Shown one piece after another: positions 44,199-49,614 of a DNA stretch of 49,614 bases. A program made the translations under genes and the position numbers. Under the pieces are notes generated by a model. The model did not search any database. It saw only the letters and a program-made list of their open reading frames with translations, and was not told the DNA's origin. Within the stretch, counting starts at the first letter, position 1. Each line of letters opens with the position of its first letter. Origin of the DNA: Ilumatobacteraceae bacterium. Its GTDB lineage: Bacteria; Actinomycetota; Acidimicrobiia; Acidimicrobiales; Ilumatobacteraceae. The stretch spans positions 1-49,614 of the forward strand of contig JBILOM010000001.1 of assembly GCA_044374495.1 (NCBI GenBank), written 5' to 3'.

Positions 44199-44953
44199 GG
44201 TAGCACCAACTCTTTGACAAACTCCGATGGGTGCGTCATCGGCGCACTATGGGCAGCATCTTTCAGTTCAACCAATTGTCCATTGGCTAAATTTTTCGCA
44301 AGCCACCTGGCTCCATCTGCGTGATGTTTCATTCCGAGAGAACCATAACCACACAGCACCGGGCAAGTAATTGTCTCTGCATACCACGGGGCCTTGCTTC
44401 GTAGTGCTGTCAGTTCTCCTACTAACGCAGCACCTTCCCGTCTGCGCTCTTGTCTGGTTCTTTCAGGCAGCGCTTCCCATCGTTTGTTACCAATTAGTCG
44501 AATCATGAAGTTCTGAGCTGCATCGGCTTCTGACGAAGCGACTGCCATTGCACCAGCAGTCGTTCCCGGCCACCATTCCATCCATGACAAAGGAGTTTCG
44601 TACGTACTTGCTCCAATCACTTGAGTGGCAAGGCGCGCAGCCGCTGCCAACGCTATATTTCCGCCAAATGAGTGACCAATCAACACTGATTTCCTGTTCC
44701 CGATTAACCCAACTAGATCGTCTACTTGATCATCAACAGTGAATGGACCTGCATGAGGCCACGATCGTGCGTACCCTCGCCTGTCGTAACGCAACACTCG
44801 ATGGTCACCCTGTAAATGGCGAGCAAGTAGCGCCATTCCGCCACTTCGGTCGAGGGAACCATGAATAAGGACGATGAGTAATTCAGAGTCGGGACCGGTT
44901 TCAGCGGAGAATATTGACGACTCATTCAGTCGATGATGCTGCTCACGAGCCAC
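44183..44953 (-). CDS. alpha/beta hydrolase
   Basis: LIVLIHGSLD, nucleophile elbow LIGHSFGGNIAL and a C-terminal AAHSAPMTHP catalytic His region. Confidence 0.8.
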   Translation of the reverse strand: MAREQHHRLNESSIFSAETGPDSELLIVLIHGSLDRSGGMALLARHLQGDHRVLRYDRRGYARSWPHAGPFTVDDQVDDLVGLIGNRKSVLIGHSFGGNIALAAAARLATQVIGASTYETPLSWMEWWPGTTAGAMAVASSEADAAQNFMIRLIGNKRWEALPERTRQERRREGAALVGELTALRSKAPWYAETITCPVLCGYGSLGMKHHADGARWLAKNLANGQLVELKDAAHSAPMTHPSEFVKELVLPHCEG

Positions 44954-44973
44954 TTCCCTATCCTTTCATAGTT

Positions 44974-45588
44974 GTGGAACTAATTCTTGTGCGTCATGGC
45001 CTCCCAGTGAGGAAAGAAAATACCGATGGACCAGCTGACCCTGAACTATCAATCGACGGGCATGCCCAGGCAGCACTTTTTGCTGCGTACATAATGTCCG
45101 AAAATGTCGATGCAATTTACTCAAGTCCCCTTCGTCGCGCCGTGCAAACAGCAGAACCGTTATCAGCAGCTATCGGTATAGATCCGATACTGGTTCCGGG
45201 TATTGCTGAGTGGGACCAACATTCGAATGAGTACATACCTGTTGAAGAACTCAAGGCTGCAAATGATCCTCGTTGGTTAGAAATGGCCAAGGGCGGTTTC
45301 AGTTCAGACGAGATTCCTGAAGATTTTCATAACCGCGTTCTTGCAGCTATTGAAGACATCATCTCAAAACATCGTGGAGACACAGTTGTCGTGACATGTC
45401 ATGGCGGAGTAATCAATGATTACCTGTCTCACATCCTTGGGATTTCAAACTCTCAGTTCTTCTACCCGAACTACACCTCCATACATCGCATCGCTGCGTC
45501 TTCCTCCGGGCATCGAAGCATTCTTTCCATAAATGAGACATCGCATCTCCGCGGTTCAGGTTTACCAACGGGTCTTTTCCATGCCTGA
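44974..45588 (+). CDS. histidine phosphatase family protein (phosphoglycerate mutase-like)
   Basis: ELILVRHG (RHG motif), SSPLRRAVQTAEP and VVVTCHGGVI. GTG 44974 is preferred because ATG 44914 would overlap the divergent hydrolase start. Confidence 0.8.
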   Translation: MELILVRHGLPVRKENTDGPADPELSIDGHAQAALFAAYIMSENVDAIYSSPLRRAVQTAEPLSAAIGIDPILVPGIAEWDQHSNEYIPVEELKAANDPRWLEMAKGGFSSDEIPEDFHNRVLAAIEDIISKHRGDTVVVTCHGGVINDYLSHILGISNSQFFYPNYTSIHRIAASSSGHRSILSINETSHLRGSGLPTGLFHA

Positions 45589-46816
45589 AACATCAATTGG
45601 TTCGCTCCTTCAATGGTTGGATAAGTGCCCAACACCTTTCCATGTCGTGGAGACGGCAGCAGTAACTCTCGATGCAGCAGGATTCACTAAAACCACACAA
45701 TTAGGCAATGAGATTGCAAACCTTGGTTACCTGGCCATTGACGGCTGCATCGTCGCATGGAGGCTCGGCTCTTCCAACGGAGCATTAAGAATCATTGGCG
45801 CACATACAGACTCTCCCAATCTGCGAGTGTTGCCCCACGCAGATATTCACCAACTCGGTTGGTCACAATTAGCGATAGAAATTTATGGAGGAGTACTCCT
45901 TAATTCGTGGCTAGACAGAGACCTCGGTATTGCAGGACGTGTTATTGATTCACATGGTGCAGCCCATTTGTTCTCGGCGCCTCAGCCTCTTGCTCGTATT
46001 CCACAATTAGCAATTCATCTTGATAGAGAAATTGGCGACAAGGGGCTTCATCTCGACCGTCATCAACACATGACACCCGTATGGGGTTCAACAAAGCAGT
46101 CATTCGCTGAATGGGTAAAAAGAACTTCAGGTGTTACAGATGTATCTGCTTTCGACGCTCAACTATTCGATATTTCTCATGCAACACTCTTGGGTGCCGA
46201 TGAATCGCTAGTGGCGAGTGGCCGTTTAGACAACCAAGCGTCCTGTTGGAGCGCAATTGAAGCGCTACGCAATGCCCCAGAATCAGAGCACACTTCAATA
46301 CTCGTTCTCAACGACCATGAAGAAGTGGGAAGCAACAGCTCTACGGGGGCTGCTGGTCCCATGCTTGCAAACGTTGTTTCCCGTATCGCGTCGCAACACG
46401 GTCTGAGTGAAGGCAAACAGTTTGATCGTCTCGCATCTTCATGGTGCTTGTCAGCTGACAATGCTCATGCAATACATCCGAACTATGCAGAGCGCCATGA
46501 ACCACGACATGCACCGCTGATCAACCATGGTCCTGCTGTAAAAGTGAACGGTAACCAAAGGTATGCAACCTCCGCGCGCGGTCTAGCGCATATTCGATCC
46601 ATCGCAGAATCCAATGGTATTCCTCTTCAGACTTTTGCGTCGCGAAACAACGTTCCTTGTGGTTCAACAATCGGGCCAATCACAGCTACACAACTGGGCA
46701 TTGAAGCTATCGACATCGGAATTCCGCAATTGTCAATGCATTCAGCCAGAGAAATGTGTGGTGCTAGCGACCCATTGCATATGGTTTCGCTTATGAGCGC
46801 ATTCTTACAGCGTTAA
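45581..46816 (+). CDS. M18-family aspartyl aminopeptidase
   Basis: CPTPFHVV, GAHTDSPNLRV, LIASGRLDNQASC, DHEEVGS and PQLSMHSAREM. The ATG overlaps the upstream stop (ATGCCTGA). Confidence 0.88.
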   Translation: MPETSIGSLLQWLDKCPTPFHVVETAAVTLDAAGFTKTTQLGNEIANLGYLAIDGCIVAWRLGSSNGALRIIGAHTDSPNLRVLPHADIHQLGWSQLAIEIYGGVLLNSWLDRDLGIAGRVIDSHGAAHLFSAPQPLARIPQLAIHLDREIGDKGLHLDRHQHMTPVWGSTKQSFAEWVKRTSGVTDVSAFDAQLFDISHATLLGADESLVASGRLDNQASCWSAIEALRNAPESEHTSILVLNDHEEVGSNSSTGAAGPMLANVVSRIASQHGLSEGKQFDRLASSWCLSADNAHAIHPNYAERHEPRHAPLINHGPAVKVNGNQRYATSARGLAHIRSIAESNGIPLQTFASRNNVPCGSTIGPITATQLGIEAIDIGIPQLSMHSAREMCGASDPLHMVSLMSAFLQR

Positions 46817-46819
46817 CTA

Positions 46820-47509
46820 TCAGTAATTATTTGGGCTACCAGCTAGACGCTGTGCCTCATCGAACAATCGTTGCAATTCATCTGACAAATTGGAACTCAG
46901 ATCTTTCAATGCAGACCGTGGCAACCGCTCAGTTCCATTCAACACTGTCTGAATTGGCTTACCGATGACTACAACACATTTGCGTGGATAGATCATCTTT
47001 GAGCCTTTAGGCATGACGCGCTCTGAGCCGCCTATTCCCACGGGAATTATTGGCACTCCGGCTTTAGCTGCAACATACGTTGCACCATCAAACAGTGGGT
47101 GTACCACTGGCCCACTCTGTCTGGTTCCCTCAGGAAAAAGCACCAATGGTTCTCCCGCTTCAAGAACCGCCACACATCGACGCAGCGCTTCACGATCTGC
47201 TGTGCCTCTACTTACTGGAAAAGCTCCAAGAGCCGAAATGATCCATCCAATGGGTCCGAATTTCCAAATGGTGTCCTTACCCATGAAGCGCATCCGACGA
47301 GATGTAACGGCAGCTGCCAGAGGCGTATCAATATTCGATCGATGAATGGGTGCCAGAAGGAATGCTCCGGACTTTGGAATGTTTTCTTTGCCGATAATGG
47401 TTGTGCGCGTGTAGGACACACACACGAATACCACGAAGCCACGTAACAGTCTGTAAAAAAGCCGACTAAGGAAACTCTGGCCAGCCATAAATGTGTCTAC
47501 TTCAGCCAT
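46820..47509 (-). CDS. plsC: 1-acyl-sn-glycerol-3-phosphate acyltransferase
   Basis: HxxxxD box APIHRSNIDTP and the FPEGTR box. ATG 47509 overlaps the cmk stop (ATGGCTGA). Confidence 0.88.
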   Translation of the reverse strand: MAEVDTFMAGQSFLSRLFYRLLRGFVVFVCVSYTRTTIIGKENIPKSGAFLLAPIHRSNIDTPLAAAVTSRRMRFMGKDTIWKFGPIGWIISALGAFPVSRGTADREALRRCVAVLEAGEPLVLFPEGTRQSGPVVHPLFDGATYVAAKAGVPIIPVGIGGSERVMPKGSKMIYPRKCVVVIGKPIQTVLNGTERLPRSALKDLSSNLSDELQRLFDEAQRLAGSPNNY

Positions 47510-48146
47510 GATCAACTCTTTCGAAATGAGAAACAATCTCGGCTACGACCTCTTCAATGGTTCTGTTGCTGGAATCAACAATGACCGAACCCTCAGATGG
47601 ACGCAATGGCGAATCGAGCCTGGTGGAATCAAGGTGGTCACGTTCTGCAATGCTTGCCGCCACCGCCTCTATGTCTCCCCCTGTTTGGCCTACACGACGT
47701 TCGGCGCGCACTTGCGGAGATGCAGTGAGGAACACTTTCAGAATTGCATCAGGAAAAACGACTGTTCCGATGTCACGGCCCTCCACAACTCCACCTTGTT
47801 GAGCTTGTATCCATCGGCGTTGCTGTTCTCTCATGGCATCGCGTACAGGAGTATGAGCAGCAATGACGCTGACGATGGCGTTGATTTCACTGGAACGAAT
47901 TTCAGAGGAGACATCAACGCCATTCAACTTCGCAGCATCGCGTTCGATGACAACAGAGACTTCGCGAGCAATCTTGCCAACAGCATCGGCGTCGTTGGGG
48001 TCAGTCGCAGTGTTCTGAACTTCTAACGCCACACAGCGGTACATGGCTCCTGTATCGAGATAACGAAGCCCAGTTGCTGTAGAAACTTGGCGTGCAACAG
48101 TTGATTTACCGGCCCCGGCCGGACCATCAATCGCAATGACGCGCAC
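47502..48146 (-). CDS. cmk: cytidylate kinase
   Basis: IAIDGPAGAGKSTVARQV (P-loop), YLDTGAMYR and EGRDIGTVVFPDA. The start is GTG 48146 (2 nt after the guaB1-type stop) or TTG 48155. Confidence 0.92.
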   Translation of the reverse strand: MRVIAIDGPAGAGKSTVARQVSTATGLRYLDTGAMYRCVALEVQNTATDPNDADAVGKIAREVSVVIERDAAKLNGVDVSSEIRSSEINAIVSVIAAHTPVRDAMREQQRRWIQAQQGGVVEGRDIGTVVFPDAILKVFLTASPQVRAERRVGQTGGDIEAVAASIAERDHLDSTRLDSPLRPSEGSVIVDSSNRTIEEVVAEIVSHFERVDHG

Positions 48147-48148
48147 GA

Positions 48149-49585
48149 TTACCAACTAGTGCCGAGTGGTCGACCTTCGTCGTATCCGGCTGCGCTTTGA
48201 ACTCCGACAACGGCACGTTCATGGAACTCTTCAATACTTGAGGCGCCTGCATACGTGCACGCGGAACGAAGTCCGGCCACGATCTGGTCGATGATGTCTT
48301 CAACGCCAGGGCGCACGGGGTCGAGGTACATACGAGAAGTACTAATGCCCTCTTCGAAAAGTTCCTTCTTCGCTCTCTCGATAGCAGTCTCGGCGCGTGT
48401 GCGGTTTTTAACGGCGCGATTAGAGGCCATTCCGAAGCTCTCTTTGTACAAACGACCTTCGGTATCACGCAACGTATCAGCGGCTGATTCGTAGGTTCCT
48501 GCGAGCCACGAACCAAACATCACGTTGGCAGCACCTGCAGCTACAGCGAGAGCCACATCACGAGGGAAACGAACGCCGCCGTCGGCCCACACATGTTTGC
48601 CCATTGAGCGGGCCATTTCTGCGCTTTCAAGCACTGCGCTGAATTGCGGACGACCAACGCCGGTCATCATTCGGGTGGTGCACATTGCGCCAGGGCCAAC
48701 GCCAACTTTGACTATGTCGGCGCCTGCATTCAATAAGTCGCGCGTTCCTTCACGAGTAACTACGTTTCCTGCAACGATCGTTGTGGTGGGTGCTACCGCG
48801 CGCACTGCCTCAATCGCACGCAACATACGGTCCTGGTGACCATGTGCAGTATCAATAACAAGAACATCAACTCCGAGTGCCACTAATGCTTTAGCGCGCT
48901 TGGCTGGATCGGCATTGATGCCAACAGCAACAGACGTTAAAAACTGACCATGTGCGTTAGTTGCCGGAGCATAAATAGTGCTACGTAGAGCACCCTTGCG
49001 AGTAATTGCACCAACAAGAATGCCGTTCTTATCGACAACGGGTGCGAACGACAATCGTTGATCAATCAATTTGTCGTGGATGTCTGCGACTGGCATTGAA
49101 TCTGTAAAGCACACCATGTCGAGGTTCATGACGTTCTTTAACTGTGTAAAACGGTCGAATCCAACAGCGTCGTATTCTGTGAACACGCCCACAGGACGAT
49201 TATCGGTGTCGACCACAATGACCGCGCCATGTGAACGCTTGTGGATCAGACTCAGCGCTTCGCCCACGGTGTCTTCTGGCGCAAGGGTGATGGGGGTCTC
49301 GAAAATTGGGTGTCTTGACTTAACATGTTCAACAACCATTTCAATGATGTCGAGCGGAATGTCTTGCGGCAGAACAACTAGTCCACCACGACGTGCAACG
49401 GTTTCGGCCATACGACGACCAGCAATAGCGGTCATGTTGGCAACGACGATGGGCACATTGGTGCCTACCTGATCAGGGGTGCTGAGGTTTACGTCAAAAC
49501 GCGATGACACCGAGGACTTGCTCGGGACCATGAACACATCGTTATAGGTCAAATCGTGGGCTGGGAGATCATGTAAGAACCGCAT
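48149..49585 (-). CDS. guaB1: GuaB1-type IMP dehydrogenase-family protein with CBS pair (likely GMP reductase, Rv1843c-like)
   Basis: LTYNDVFMVPSKS, VVANMTAIAGRRMAE, an inserted CBS pair, the catalytic loop KVGVGPGAMCTTR and WADGGVR. The N-terminal MRFLHD...DL pattern is typical of GuaB1. Confidence 0.85.
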   Translation of the reverse strand: MRFLHDLPAHDLTYNDVFMVPSKSSVSSRFDVNLSTPDQVGTNVPIVVANMTAIAGRRMAETVARRGGLVVLPQDIPLDIIEMVVEHVKSRHPIFETPITLAPEDTVGEALSLIHKRSHGAVIVVDTDNRPVGVFTEYDAVGFDRFTQLKNVMNLDMVCFTDSMPVADIHDKLIDQRLSFAPVVDKNGILVGAITRKGALRSTIYAPATNAHGQFLTSVAVGINADPAKRAKALVALGVDVLVIDTAHGHQDRMLRAIEAVRAVAPTTTIVAGNVVTREGTRDLLNAGADIVKVGVGPGAMCTTRMMTGVGRPQFSAVLESAEMARSMGKHVWADGGVRFPRDVALAVAAGAANVMFGSWLAGTYESAADTLRDTEGRLYKESFGMASNRAVKNRTRAETAIERAKKELFEEGISTSRMYLDPVRPGVEDIIDQIVAGLRSACTYAGASSIEEFHERAVVGVQSAAGYDEGRPLGTSW

Positions 49586-49614
49586 AGGGCATGACGAGAC
49601 TACCGTGTAGGCAT

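Noticed and set aside
1-49614. Search for tRNA, rRNA, CRISPR arrays, transposases, integrases, phage genes, long direct or inverted repeats, or a defence island
   Set aside because: No intergenic gap is large enough for an rRNA or a CRISPR array, and the gaps I read do not fold into tRNA-like cloverleaves. No ORF product shows DDE, tyrosine- or serine-recombinase, Cas or phage structural motifs. I could not run a formal repeat or covariance-model scan, so short elements could have been missed.

Overview
Almost gap-free chromosomal segment from an Actinomycetota genome. The lineage markers are a WhiB-family regulator, FtsR-type MerR regulators, DUF4193, a helY-tatC block and a GarA-position FHA protein. 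Base composition looks roughly balanced by eye (not computed), and the packing suggests a small, streamlined genome. I call about 58 protein genes. Many same-strand neighbours overlap by 4-8 nt, several convergent pairs overlap at their 3' ends, and divergent pairs often have under 60 nt between start codons. Content is core metabolism and housekeeping: glycine cleavage genes (gcvH, gcvT, gcvP), threonine aldolase, tkt-tal, nagA, thyX-like, helY-tatC-tatB, lepB, trmI, dacB, typA, rnd, cmk, plsC and a guaB1-type gene. Gene order parallels M. tuberculosis Rv1822-Rv1832 and Rv2092c-Rv2094c/Rv2118c. The one clear RNA element is a tandem glycine riboswitch in front of gcvP. I saw no rRNA, tRNA, CRISPR array, transposase, integrase or phage gene. 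I did not find a convincing novel multi-gene system or defence island. The best leads are all modest: (1) a 535-aa fused double ThyX with complementary motif loss, next to a hyperacidic DUF4193 zinc-ribbon protein; (2) a 496-aa protein with charged decapeptide repeats; (3) a stand-alone DAG-kinase accessory-domain protein coupled to helY; (4) a trio of tiny membrane or basic proteins; (5) collapse of the Pup-proteasome interval between tatB and trmI.
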